Shown here: in pieces, positions 1-9,686 of the stretch | How the letters are laid out: each line of letters starts with the position of its first letter | Numbering within the stretch: position 1 is the stretch's first letter | DNA from: Wolbachia endosymbiont of Cimex lectularius | GTDB lineage: Bacteria > Pseudomonadota > Alphaproteobacteria > Rickettsiales > Anaplasmataceae | Assembly: GCF_000829315.1 (NCBI RefSeq) | Contig: NZ_AP013028.1 | Coordinates: forward strand, 1,080,001-1,112,000 | Reading direction: 5' to 3' | DNA length: 32,000 bases | The notes under the pieces: model-generated | The model's database searches: none | What the model was told of the DNA's origin: nothing | The model's input: only the letters and a program-made list of their open reading frames with translations | Made by a program: the position numbers and the translations under genes

Positions 1-656
1 AAATCAATAAGAAAAGTGATGAGCATCACTTTGTTATATGCACTATTACTGATGATGAACTAAGAAAATATTTAAAAGATAACTGTATAAAATTGGAAAT
101 TCCCTATCGAGCAATATTATCACATATTATTAGAGAAATTTCTTCCTATCTTGAAATTGAAAAAGACGAAAAGCTTGACTTGCATACTGAGATAAATAAT
201 GAGTATTTTCAGCGCATTGAGGCAATAAACTACACTATTAATCATGATGACGGACAAAATATTCAAGATATTGATAAGGCAGACATAATCTTGATTGGAG
301 TTTCGCGTACATCAAAATCTCCCACCAGTATGTATTTAGCTTATCGGGGTTATAGGGTTGCAAATATTCCCTTTGTTAGTGAGGTACCCTTTTATGTTGA
401 CTTAACAAAGTTAGAGAATAAGCTGACAATAGGGCTAACAATAGATGCAAGTAGGCTGGTGGAAATACGCAAAAATAGACTTACTTCAATTAACAACGAA
501 AATAATAATGTATACGCTGACCCTAAGAAAGTAGAAAAGGAAATTAAAAAAGCAGAGGAACTTTTTAAACAAAACAATTGGCCAATTATAGATGTAACAC
601 AAAAGTCGATCGAAGAAGTGTCAGCAACGATTATACAATATTTTAATAGAATGTGA
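1..656 (+). CDS. Phosphoenolpyruvate synthase regulatory protein / pyruvate, phosphate dikinase regulatory protein (kinase/pyrophosphorylase, DUF299 family), 5'-truncated by window edge
   Basis: Frame is open from position 3 ([28 protein letters not shown]...) into the listed ORF; family motif [32 protein letters not shown]. Confidence 0.93.
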   Translation, partial: INKKSDEHHFVICTITDDELRKYLKDNCIKLEIPYRAILSHIIREISSYLEIEKDEKLDLHTEINNEYFQRIEAINYTINHDDGQNIQDIDKADIILIGVSRTSKSPTSMYLAYRGYRVANIPFVSEVPFYVDLTKLENKLTIGLTIDASRLVEIRKNRLTSINNENNNVYADPKKVEKEIKKAEELFKQNNWPIIDVTQKSIEEVSATIIQYFNRM

Positions 657-725
657 TAAATTTATCAATTGACTAACTCTTTGTAAGTAGCCATAATATG
701 AGATAATTTGGTTTTCGCTATAGCT

Positions 726-854
726 ATGAAAGTTAAAGGCTCACTAAAGTCCCATCGCAGCAGAGATAAAAACTGTAAAGTTGTGAGAAGGAGTGGTAAA
801 ATTTACGTTATAAATAAAGTAAAACCAAGGTGTAAAGCCCGCCAGGGTTCTTGA
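726..854 (+). CDS. rpmJ: 50S ribosomal protein L36 (42 aa, missing from the supplied ORF track because it is short)
   Basis: Manual translation [42 protein letters not shown], matching bL36 of alphaproteobacteria. Confidence 0.93.
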   Translation: MKVKGSLKSHRSRDKNCKVVRRSGKIYVINKVKPRCKARQGS

Positions 855-1052
855 GTATCAGCCATAAGTTGGTTATGCAATAGATTTATCGGTTGCCTTG
901 AAACAAAGGGGGGTTACAGTGGCCAGAATGCAGTGTCAGTTGTATATCCGGGCTTGGCTTGCGGTAAAAGGGTTCTAAGCTGTAACTAGGATGCTCAGTT
1001 TTTTATTCACTTTTTCATGTTATACGTTTTTTAGTTTCTTATATGTAAAAAT

Positions 1053-1370
1053 ATGGTGTTTGTATTTAGAAATAAGAAGAAGTTACTGTGTTTAAGTATA
1101 GCTTTGCTCATTTCTTCTCTTACACTATATTTTAGTATCAGTACAATTACGGGTAAACGTGGCTTATCAGCATTAATGGATTTAAAAAAAGAGATAGAGT
1201 ACAATAAACTTTTGCTAAAGAATATATCTTTTGAAAGGGAAAAGTTGAGTAATAAAGTGTTTGGCTTATATGAAAAAAGCTTAGATTTGGATCTGCTTGA
1301 TGAACAAGCAAAAAATGCTCTGGGTTATGTGAGCCCTAAGGAGCTAATGGTTGTTCTCGATGTGGAATAG
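1053..1370 (+). CDS. DivIC/FtsB-like septum formation initiator family protein
   Basis: Short protein with an N-terminal TM helix then a coiled coil (ALMDLKKEIEYNKLLLKNISFEREKL) and a NALGYVSPKE tail typical of the family. Confidence 0.75.
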   Translation: MVFVFRNKKKLLCLSIALLISSLTLYFSISTITGKRGLSALMDLKKEIEYNKLLLKNISFEREKLSNKVFGLYEKSLDLDLLDEQAKNALGYVSPKELMVVLDVE

Positions 1371-1430
1371 CAACATCTTTAAATGAAAGAAAAAAACCGC
1401 TATAATCCAAGTGCAGGCATTATAAACGAG

Positions 1431-2081
1431 ATGAAAGTGAAAAATATCTTATTAGCGCTTTTAATACAGGCTATGTTTGGGTTGCCATCATTTGCGGCCG
1501 ATCCTATTTTGCTCAACTGTATTGAAACTCCAGAGATTTATGATCTTGATGCAAAACCAAAAAGCTTTAACTCTTCAAATAATTTAAGAAGAAAACCTGG
1601 TTCTCCAAGTAGCGCAACAGGAGAATTGATAAGCATAGTGGGTAGAGTTACTGATGTAAACTGTTTGCCAATACAAAATGCTGTAGTTTCTATATGGCAC
1701 GCGAATTCACGCGGCGTAAACCATTATGATGAAAATGTGGAGGATGATAAGCTTGATCCAAATTTTGCCGGATCAGGAAGGTTTATAGTGAATAACCTTG
1801 GCTATTATAATTTTATTACAATAGTACCTGGTAAGATTGGTGATAGGGCTCCACACATCAACTTTTTGGTTCAACATCCAGATTTCCCAGAGTTCACAAC
1901 ACAAATGTTCTTTGCCGATCATAATTGCAACAACTGTGCTGATTCTGTTCTTGGGGATCTTATTGATAATGGACTTGCAAGCCTTCTGATAGCACCATTT
2001 ACTTATAATGATCGGGCCATTAAGACCTACACATTTAATATCACCTTAGGTGGGTATAATAAATTTTCTGATAAAAGATAA
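1431..2081 (+). CDS. Putative exported intradiol ring-cleavage dioxygenase (protocatechuate 3,4-dioxygenase beta-like)
   Basis: Motifs GRVTDVNCLPIQNAVVSIWHANSRGV, GYYNFITIVPG, RAPHINFLV; starting at 1431 gives signal peptide MKVKNILLALLIQAMFGLPSFAA. ORF opens at 1383. Confidence 0.8.
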   Translation: MKVKNILLALLIQAMFGLPSFAADPILLNCIETPEIYDLDAKPKSFNSSNNLRRKPGSPSSATGELISIVGRVTDVNCLPIQNAVVSIWHANSRGVNHYDENVEDDKLDPNFAGSGRFIVNNLGYYNFITIVPGKIGDRAPHINFLVQHPDFPEFTTQMFFADHNCNNCADSVLGDLIDNGLASLLIAPFTYNDRAIKTYTFNITLGGYNKFSDKR

Positions 2082-2135
2082 AATCCTTGCATATCAGGGG
2101 AGTTCATAGTAATCTTAAGCGCTGTTGTACTTAAA

Positions 2136-3680
2136 ATGTATATGAAAAACATCTTACTAATGTTTTTACTATGTTTTATATGCAGCTTACAATTATTTGC
2201 AACGGAGATGTCAACGATGAAGATAACAATTTCTAAAGCTTTACCTGATTTTGAAACGCTAGTAGTAGGTTTGTTTGAAAACGATGAATTTATAAGTAAC
2301 GGTAAGGTTTTACAAGATAAGCAAATTACAGATAACATCAAGAGATTTAGTGATTTCAATGGAGGTTTTGGTGAATTTTTCTCCATTACTTCATCAGAGG
2401 GAAAGAATGTTATAGTTGCCGGGCTTGGCAAGAGAGATGAATGGGATGAAAACAAAGAATTAAATATTGGCGGAAAAATATATTGCGAACTAAGCAGATT
2501 AAAAATCAAACAAGCGGTAATCTCAATCGAAGGTAATGCAGCAAATGTTGCATACGGTGCATTTTTGCGCAGTTTTAAGTTTGATAAGTATAAAACCAAA
2601 AAGGATGAAAAAGTTACAGAAGTAGAGGAGATTACAGTGCTAGCGAAAGATGAGCAATTCAGTAATGCTGAAAAATCATTTGAGCGTTTAAGACAAGAAG
2701 GTGAAGGCATATTTCTTGCACGTGCTTTTACCACTGAACCACCTAATGTTTTATATCCAGAATCCTATGCTGATCACATAAAAACCGAGCTTACTAAGCT
2801 TGGTCTTGAAATCGAAGTGCTTGGTAAGAAGCAGATGGAAGAGAAAAAAATGGGAGCATTGCTTGGGGTAGCACAAGGAAGTAGTAAAGAGCCAAAATTA
2901 GTAGTGATCAAATGGAATGGAGCTTCCAAGGAACAAAAGCCTGTAGCTTTTGTGGGTAAAGGTATAACGTTTGATACTGGTGGAGTGTCACTCAAGCCTT
3001 CGCGTGGCATGGAGTCAATGAAATATGACATGGCAGGTTCTGCTACTGTGGTTGGGGTGATGCGTACTCTAGCTGGACGAAAAGCGAAGGTAAATGCGGT
3101 CGGTGTGGTTGCACTTGCAGAAAATGCAGTGGACGGTAATGCTCAAAGACCAAGTGATGTAGTAACTTCGATGTCTGGGCAAACAATAGAGGTATTAAAC
3201 ACCGATGCAGAAGGAAGGCTCATACTTGCGGATGCTTTGTGGTATACGCAGGACAGATTCTCACCTAAGTTTATGGTTGATCTTGCAACTTTAACTGGTG
3301 CCATAGTGGTTGCGCTTGGGAATAACGAGTATGCTGGTCTTTTTTCCAATAATGATGAATTAGCAAATCGTCTTATCGATGTAGGAAATGAAGTAAACGA
3401 GAAGTTGTGGCGTTTTCCTATGAATGAGACTTACGATAAAATTATCGACTCGCCGATTGCTGATGTTCAAAACATCGCTCCTGCAGGCTCTGGTGGGGAT
3501 AGCATAATGGCTGCGCAATTTTTACAGCGTTTTGTAAATGAAACTTGCTGGGCACACTTAGACATTGCAGGTACGGCTTGGCATGAAAAAGGCACTGATA
3601 TTTCTCCAAAAGGAGCGGTGGGTTTTGGTATAAGGTTGCTTAATAAATTGGTTGCAAAATACTACGAAACGGGTAACTGA
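2136..3680 (+). CDS. pepA: Leucyl aminopeptidase (M17)
   Basis: VGKGITFDTGGVSLKPSRGMESMKYDMAGSATVVG and NTDAEGRLILADAL are M17 metal-binding/catalytic motifs. Start uncertain: 2136, 2142 or 2208. Confidence 0.95.
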   Translation: MYMKNILLMFLLCFICSLQLFATEMSTMKITISKALPDFETLVVGLFENDEFISNGKVLQDKQITDNIKRFSDFNGGFGEFFSITSSEGKNVIVAGLGKRDEWDENKELNIGGKIYCELSRLKIKQAVISIEGNAANVAYGAFLRSFKFDKYKTKKDEKVTEVEEITVLAKDEQFSNAEKSFERLRQEGEGIFLARAFTTEPPNVLYPESYADHIKTELTKLGLEIEVLGKKQMEEKKMGALLGVAQGSSKEPKLVVIKWNGASKEQKPVAFVGKGITFDTGGVSLKPSRGMESMKYDMAGSATVVGVMRTLAGRKAKVNAVGVVALAENAVDGNAQRPSDVVTSMSGQTIEVLNTDAEGRLILADALWYTQDRFSPKFMVDLATLTGAIVVALGNNEYAGLFSNNDELANRLIDVGNEVNEKLWRFPMNETYDKIIDSPIADVQNIAPAGSGGDSIMAAQFLQRFVNETCWAHLDIAGTAWHEKGTDISPKGAVGFGIRLLNKLVAKYYETGN

Positions 3681-3705
3681 AGCTTTAATACTGAAATTTA
3701 GAAAG

Positions 3706-4712
3706 CTATGGGCTTTGGGTTTTTTCTGGGTCTTCTAATGGTTTAAAACTTGGATTATCTATTGCAGAAGGTGGCTTCATTTCTTTCACTTTCTCATTAA
3801 CTTTTTCCTCTACCTCCTCTATTTTACCTTCACCAATGGCCATAATTTTAGGTAGAAAATCGTCCATAAAACCTTTCAATTTCTTCATATCTTCCACATG
3901 AGTACTATCACCTTTTTCTATAAGCCTTTTCATCTCATCTTCTGAAAAATTTTGAATGGTCCCGTCCTTTATTAATTCTTTTATAGCGGAACGTTGCCCT
4001 TCACTTTGAAGCATTTTTATTATTTCTATTTTGTTATTAAGCGTTGTTTGTTCTTCTCCGGTACTCTTGGGATATTGTTCCAATAGATCGTTCTTCAATT
4101 TTGCAAAATTATTCTCTCTTGCTTGAACTGTAGGCAATTTATCGATCAAGTCCTTCACAAAACTTTTAATTGCTTTTCCTAAAGACTCAGCACCTTCTTT
4201 TGTCTCACCCCTACTTTGATATATAGCATAACCAATAGCAACTATAGCCACTAGTGCCACAAACCCAGCTAACGCTAATCCACCCCACCCATTAATGCAC
4301 CAGCCACTCCTCCTATTGCTAATGTACCTGCCAGTGCACCTGTTAGTGCTGTAATAGCTGCTCCACCTATAACTCCTTGAGTTAACAACTGGTTACCTAA
4401 AGCTTCGAGCTTTCCCTCCATGCCCTCTACTTTGTTTGCTTGCTCAAGAAGTATTTCTAAGTCTTTTTTGTTCTCTGTAAGGTATCCAGTTACAGTACCC
4501 AACAAACTTTCATTGCTCTTCAGTAATTCAGTAACATCCTCGACACTTAATTTATTAAATTCCTTATCTAAACTTTTAAAATCCTCATTATCTTTTAATA
4601 AGTCCTCCAATTTGCTTACCAAATCTGGCTTTTCTCTAATATATCTTACTATATTTTCAATGAATTGGTCCAAATCAGCTGGATTTGTTGCACCACCTTC
4701 TACCATATTCAA
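3706..4712 (-). pseudogene. Conserved-hypothetical membrane protein split into two ORFs (4275..4712 and 3706..4260) by an apparent frameshift
   Basis: First frame ends ...GVAGALMGGVD*; the downstream frame is open upstream of its ATG as ...GGLALAGFVALVAIVAIGYA. Adding one G to the GGTGGGGTGG run restores one continuous frame. Confidence 0.7.
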
Positions 4713-4808
4713 GTCCTATCAGTTATAAACATGCCTAATTATACATAACAATTATTAACTATATCATAACTAGTATGAAGTAATTAATACAATTACCCCT
4801 TTTCAAAC

Positions 4809-5549
4809 ATGGAATTTGTACTACAATACCTAAATTATATGAAAACAAGGTACTCTATGGGTGAAAAAAAATTAAAAGCTGCTGTGGTTTTATCAGGATG
4901 TGGTCATCTCGACGGTGCAGAGGTGAGAGAAGCTGTTTTAAGCTTGCTCGTGCTTGATCAGCAGGAAGTGGAAGTCAAATGCTTTGCACCTGATATCAAT
5001 ATTGCACAAGTTATGAACCATAAAACAAAAGAGGCGGTAAAAGAGAAGAGAAATGTACTTGTAGAAGCAGCAAGAATTGCAAGAGGTGAAATATATGACC
5101 TAAAGGAAGCCAAAGCTAAAGATTTTGACATGCTAGTTGTACCCGGCGGATATGGAGTTGCGAAAAACTTATCTGACCTAGCTGAAGGTAAAGACATGGT
5201 AACAGTAATACCCGAATTTGAAAGATTAGTTTCAGAATTTTTTGCTGCAAAAAAGCCAATAGGGGCGATATGTATATCTCCAGCGGTGGTTGTTTTTATT
5301 TTAAGTAATAAAATAGGCAAAAGAGGAAATAAAATTAAGGTGACTATAGGAGATGACAGAGAAAAGTTGATAGAAAAGCTTGGTGGCGAGCATATAAAGT
5401 GCGATACAGAGTTGTCAATAGAAGACGAAGAACATAATGTATTTTCCTGCTCTGCTTATATGCGTAGCGACGAAAGTACGTACTCTGTATATCAAGGGAT
5501 AAAACATATGATTGACGGCATGGTAAAAAAGATCAACAAAGGAAATTAA
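4809..5549 (+). CDS. elbB: DJ-1/PfpI-superfamily isoprenoid biosynthesis glyoxalase ElbB
   Basis: KAAVVLSGCGHLDGAEVREAV, DMLVVPGGYGVAKNLSD, KPIGAICISPAV. Start may be the internal Met at 4857. Confidence 0.88.
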   Translation: MEFVLQYLNYMKTRYSMGEKKLKAAVVLSGCGHLDGAEVREAVLSLLVLDQQEVEVKCFAPDINIAQVMNHKTKEAVKEKRNVLVEAARIARGEIYDLKEAKAKDFDMLVVPGGYGVAKNLSDLAEGKDMVTVIPEFERLVSEFFAAKKPIGAICISPAVVVFILSNKIGKRGNKIKVTIGDDREKLIEKLGGEHIKCDTELSIEDEEHNVFSCSAYMRSDESTYSVYQGIKHMIDGMVKKINKGN

Positions 5550-5589
5550 TACCAAATCCCAATGGTAATAGGACAAATTAAAGATACCG

Positions 5590-5870
5590 TTTTGCCAATC
5601 AACAAGGGTGTCATTCCAGCCCTTCCTCCTGTCATCACTGCCATTAAGTTAAGAAAAGTTGGGTGTTACGTCTTTCGTCCCAAACAGTCTACAATTGTTA
5701 TTTTTTCAAATCTCTTGGATTTTATTTGCCTAAAAATTCATCATAATTACTCAATCACTTCAAATTTTTTGTCTAATCTTAACTCCTCTTTCCTTAACTT
5801 AATGGCAGTGATGACAGGAGGAGGGGCTACTTCCATGACATCATTTGTTGTGCGAATTACCTTGGCAAAA
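5590..5870. repeat. Imperfect inverted-repeat (MITE-like / palindromic) element of about 280 bp
   Basis: 5' arm CCTCCTGTCATCACTGCCATTAAGTTAAGAAAAG (5625-5658) is the near-perfect reverse complement of CTTTCCTTAACTTAATGGCAGTGATGACAGGAGG (5788-5821); outer ends TTTTGCCAA (5590) / TTGGCAAAA (5862). Confidence 0.75.
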
Positions 5871-5909
5871 TAAATGCTCGTACAGTGTGGGTAAGGTCAA
5901 TCAATAGAC

Positions 5910-6500
5910 CTACTTTTCCTGTGATCTTTTAAGCCTTTCTTTATTTAATATGGAGCTTATCTCTTCTACACTTTTATCAATATCGTCATTGATTATTACA
6001 TAATCATATTTATTGCTTTTGCTTATTTCCTTTTGAGCTTCGGCTAATCTGCGTTCTATTTCACTTGCACTGTCAGTGTTACGCTTTTGCAGACGTAACC
6101 TAAGCTCTTCCATTGAAGGGGGAAATATAAAAACACTTACAACTTTTTTCCTCATAAGCTTAAATAAATGAAATGCTCCTTGCCAATCTATACTCAGTAA
6201 GACGCTTATTCCACTGCTTAAGTTCTGTTCTATAAAATTTCTCGGTATGCCATAAAAGTTCTCAAAAACTTTGGCGTACTCAAGCATTTGACCGGCTTCG
6301 CATAACTCGTGAAACTTTTCCTCGGTAACAAAAAAATAGTCTTTGCCATTTATTTCACCAGGGCGAGGTTTACGCGTGGTCATAGAAACCGACCTAACTA
6401 AGTTAGTCGATCGCTCAAGTAATCTCTCTAATATGGTAGTTTTGCCAGCTCCAGAAGGAGAGGATAAAACCAATAATACACCCTCACTTTTTATGGTCAT
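5910..6500 (-). CDS. gmk: Guanylate kinase
   Basis: MTIKSEGVLLVLSSPSGAGKTTI P-loop, STTRKPRPGEINGKDYFFV. ORF extends to 6566 but the ATG at 6500 fits the family start. Confidence 0.95.
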   Translation of the reverse strand: MTIKSEGVLLVLSSPSGAGKTTILERLLERSTNLVRSVSMTTRKPRPGEINGKDYFFVTEEKFHELCEAGQMLEYAKVFENFYGIPRNFIEQNLSSGISVLLSIDWQGAFHLFKLMRKKVVSVFIFPPSMEELRLRLQKRNTDSASEIERRLAEAQKEISKSNKYDYVIINDDIDKSVEEISSILNKERLKRSQEK

Positions 6501-6540
6501 TTTTCTTTTCCAAGTAGTTTCATCGTGGTACGTTTCATGT

Positions 6541-8328
6541 TTAACTAGTATTTTCCAATATGGCACTCTTCAGATCAGATTTAAAAAAACTAGAATTATC
6601 TAAATTAGAATCTGATAAGTTGGTACCAATAAGGAAAGAATTGTCAAAAACAACATGACGTAAATCAGCTTTTTTAAGATTTGCCTTATTTAAATTAACA
6701 TTTATAAATTTTGCTCTACTCAATATCGAATTAGAGAAATCGGCATTCTCTAGGTTCATATCCTTAAATTCAAAATAAGCGTAATTCACATCAAATTTTT
6801 CACCCTGTGATATCTTTTCTTGCAAATCTTCAATTGAGATTATAGCACCCTCTAAGTCTGCAAGCTTTTCCTGTCCTTCATTGCCAATTAGAATTGAATG
6901 ATCAAACTTACAATCTGTTAAACGAGCATCAACAACCGAGCCTTCATATAAGCTCGAAGAGTCAAAAGATGTATTACCAATCATTGAATTATTGAAATTG
7001 CTGAGAAAAAAGCCTGTTTTTTTAAAAGTATTATCATGAAGCAAAGAAGATCTGAAATCGGTTTCAATAAAATTTGAATTAGTTACTTTTAGATTAGACC
7101 AGCTTGAGTTATCTGCTATTAAATTAAAGAATGTTGAGCTCTCCACTTCACTAGAGTCGATGCTATGGTAAGAGAGTTTGCTATTATAAACTTGAGAGTC
7201 TTGTATTTTGACCTTGTACATTGAAGCAGCAGAAAGATCTGTACTTTCTATCTTTGCAGAGGTAAATAGCGAATGATCGAAAAACGAACCGTTCATGTTA
7301 GAATTTGTAACTTTAGTATTATAAAACTTTCCGTGACGAATGTCAGAATCAGAAACGTCAACTTGATGTAGCTCGCTAAAACTGAAATCAATATCAGATA
7401 AATCGGTATCTTGAAAACTGACTTTAGAAGCATATGAATGTTTTACCTTGGAACCATGTAGTATAGATTGAACAAAACTTGAATTATTACCACTTACGTA
7501 GGAAATCTGCGTGTTGCTTAAATTAGCTCTATTGAAGTTACTTTCAATTATAGCAGAAGAATTAAGGCAGATGTTAGAAAGATCGCTGCCTGTGAAATCT
7601 GATTCTCTTATTTCTGCACCATATATATTAGCGTTCTCTAACGAGGAAAATTGTATTTTTAGTTTGTATGAATCCACTCCAAAAAAATTTGCATTGCTAA
7701 GATTGCTTTTCTGCATAACAGTATCGTTTACTTCACTATCGCTAAAATTTACATAACTAACATTCGAGTTTAGTAAGCTAGAAAGATTCATTTTTACATT
7801 TGAGAAATTAGTATGTAAACCAGTTATATTATGCATTTTTGCCCTTTTAAGATCAGAGCTGATAAACTCAGCATAACTAATATCAGACTGACCAAATGTA
7901 ATATCTGCTAAATTTGCAGAAATAAATTTTGCAAAACTCAGATTTGTACCTTCTATTCTTATACCTTGCAAATTAGCATTGGAAAAATTTGCCCCACGCA
8001 AATCAGCATTAATAAAGGATACACCTGACAAGTCAGTATGAGAAAAATCGGCACCAATTAGACTGACTCCATCAAAAATAGACCCATTGAGGTACAATCG
8101 ACTAAAGTTAGCTCCATTTAAGTCAGGACCAAAACCTTTTCCAAAGTCTTCTGGTACGCCTTTTTTGTGACACTGTACTAGAAATTCAGCAAAGTCTTTT
8201 TTACTGTAAGACACATACTTTGTCTTATGCAGGATATCCAAAAAATCACTGACCGGATTCTTCTTATCATTTACTTCACTTCCGTAACACAAATGACCAA
8301 TTAAGATTAATATCAAAAATCTAATCAT
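6541..8328 (-). CDS. Exported pentapeptide-repeat protein (595 aa)
   Basis: Signal-peptide-like N-terminus MIRFLILILIGHLCYGS followed by many A(D/N)LxX pentapeptide units (e.g. NADFSNSILSRAKFINVNLNKANLKKADLRHVVFDNS). Confidence 0.85.
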   Translation of the reverse strand: MIRFLILILIGHLCYGSEVNDKKNPVSDFLDILHKTKYVSYSKKDFAEFLVQCHKKGVPEDFGKGFGPDLNGANFSRLYLNGSIFDGVSLIGADFSHTDLSGVSFINADLRGANFSNANLQGIRIEGTNLSFAKFISANLADITFGQSDISYAEFISSDLKRAKMHNITGLHTNFSNVKMNLSSLLNSNVSYVNFSDSEVNDTVMQKSNLSNANFFGVDSYKLKIQFSSLENANIYGAEIRESDFTGSDLSNICLNSSAIIESNFNRANLSNTQISYVSGNNSSFVQSILHGSKVKHSYASKVSFQDTDLSDIDFSFSELHQVDVSDSDIRHGKFYNTKVTNSNMNGSFFDHSLFTSAKIESTDLSAASMYKVKIQDSQVYNSKLSYHSIDSSEVESSTFFNLIADNSSWSNLKVTNSNFIETDFRSSLLHDNTFKKTGFFLSNFNNSMIGNTSFDSSSLYEGSVVDARLTDCKFDHSILIGNEGQEKLADLEGAIISIEDLQEKISQGEKFDVNYAYFEFKDMNLENADFSNSILSRAKFINVNLNKANLKKADLRHVVFDNSFLIGTNLSDSNLDNSSFFKSDLKSAILENTS

Positions 8329-9587
8329 CTTTCTTGATCTTCATTGCACTGCAATTCGTTATCTTCTTTTGTTTTCACAGCCCAATTATACATTTCCAGG
8401 CTTTCTTTGTTGTCTATCCTCTTATGCTCCAAAAGATGTGGTATCATTTCAGTAATTGCATTTATCATATCAACTCGCCCTCTTTCGATTGCTATATCAA
8501 TAGGAGATTGAAGACTATTATTAACCGCTTTAGGATCAGCACCTTGTAATAAGAGAAAACGTACTATATCTACCTCACCTTGCTTAATGGCACAAATTAG
8601 AGGGGTATCTCCAAGCTTATTTCTAAGCTTCAGTACCTCTTGAGTTGTTAATCCAAGCTTTTCCAACTTGCTCATTATCCCCCTTAGGCAAACTAAGTTG
8701 TTCTTTTTAACACAGTAAAAAAGCTGCATACTATAGTCATCAATAAATACGGTTGTCGGAAGATGCTCATTAAGCTTATTGTATTGTCGCTTATATAATG
8801 ACTTGCTTTGTGCGCTTTTTTGATACCATTCCTTTATTGGTTCTCTGTCTAACTTTGTCCATCTTTGTAAATTTTTCTCTTCCTCTTGCTTGTTTTCTTC
8901 GTCTCTTCTAGTGATAGGTTTTATTCGATTTTTTCTACTGTGGTCCTCAGCTAATTTTTTCACTTCTTCTTTTTCAGCTTGATCTTCCTCTTTTTCTTTT
9001 TTCTCTTCTAATAATTTATCTGTATTGTTTTTTGAGGGCTTATTCTCCTCAATATCAACCTTTTTATCAACTTGTAGACTCTTTTGCAGATCAGCTACAT
9101 CTTCATTTAGACCAGCGCTTGGAGGCAAAACTAAATTTTTGTTCACTTCTTTATCGGTCACACTTGGCAAACTTGGTGTAACTTCATCTTTACTTTTTTC
9201 TGGCAGGTTATTGCCAAAATCTTTATCACTCTGCTCACCTCCACCAATAGTTTTTTCAACTGCAGGAGCTTTGCTTTCATCGTGTTGTGGTTCTTTTTTA
9301 TTGATCGCTCCCTCAGCCTCGGTATCCTGTGCTTTTTCAACATTCAACTTATCAACGTCCGTAGGGTCGCTTTTGGAAGACTCAGGCTCGGTTCCTTGGG
9401 CTGTGCTTTCCGGCGCATCTTGTTTTAGATTTTTCCTTATATCCACATTTTCATGCACAGAACTAACCGATTCACCTGCGTCAGTTTTTTTTCTTTCAAC
9501 TTGCTCCACAGCAAACAGGCTCGACGAGCCAAACACGACAAATAACAATGTAAAGTATAAAATACTCCTCATAAATATCCCAAGCAC
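8325..9587 (-). CDS. Exported ankyrin-repeat protein with long charged low-complexity region
   Basis: Signal peptide-like MRSILYFTLLFVVFGSSSLFAVE; acidic/lysine-rich middle; C-terminal ankyrin repeats (LGDTPLICAIKQGEVDIVRFLLLQGADPKAVNNSLQSPIDIAIERGRVDMINAI). Overlaps the next gene by 4 nt. Confidence 0.85.
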   Translation of the reverse strand: MLGIFMRSILYFTLLFVVFGSSSLFAVEQVERKKTDAGESVSSVHENVDIRKNLKQDAPESTAQGTEPESSKSDPTDVDKLNVEKAQDTEAEGAINKKEPQHDESKAPAVEKTIGGGEQSDKDFGNNLPEKSKDEVTPSLPSVTDKEVNKNLVLPPSAGLNEDVADLQKSLQVDKKVDIEENKPSKNNTDKLLEEKKEKEEDQAEKEEVKKLAEDHSRKNRIKPITRRDEENKQEEEKNLQRWTKLDREPIKEWYQKSAQSKSLYKRQYNKLNEHLPTTVFIDDYSMQLFYCVKKNNLVCLRGIMSKLEKLGLTTQEVLKLRNKLGDTPLICAIKQGEVDIVRFLLLQGADPKAVNNSLQSPIDIAIERGRVDMINAITEMIPHLLEHKRIDNKESLEMYNWAVKTKEDNELQCNEDQER

Positions 9588-9686
9588 AAGCTTAATTAAG
9601 ATGATACTATAATCAAATAATTAATCTATAGTAAAAAATGGACATGGGAAATGGAGGTTGATTAAGGTCATTACGCCAATAACACG

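Noticed and set aside
392-577. Antisense ORFs over strong genes (e.g. 392-577, 2027-2734, 7511-7756, 9025-9612, 26984-27346, 29570-29962, 30853-31161)
   Set aside because: They lie opposite well-supported coding genes and have no recognisable motifs; shadow ORFs.
5562-5873. 103-aa ORF between elbB and gmk
   Set aside because: Coincides with the inverted-repeat element; the protein is a translation of the repeat arms and AT-rich centre.
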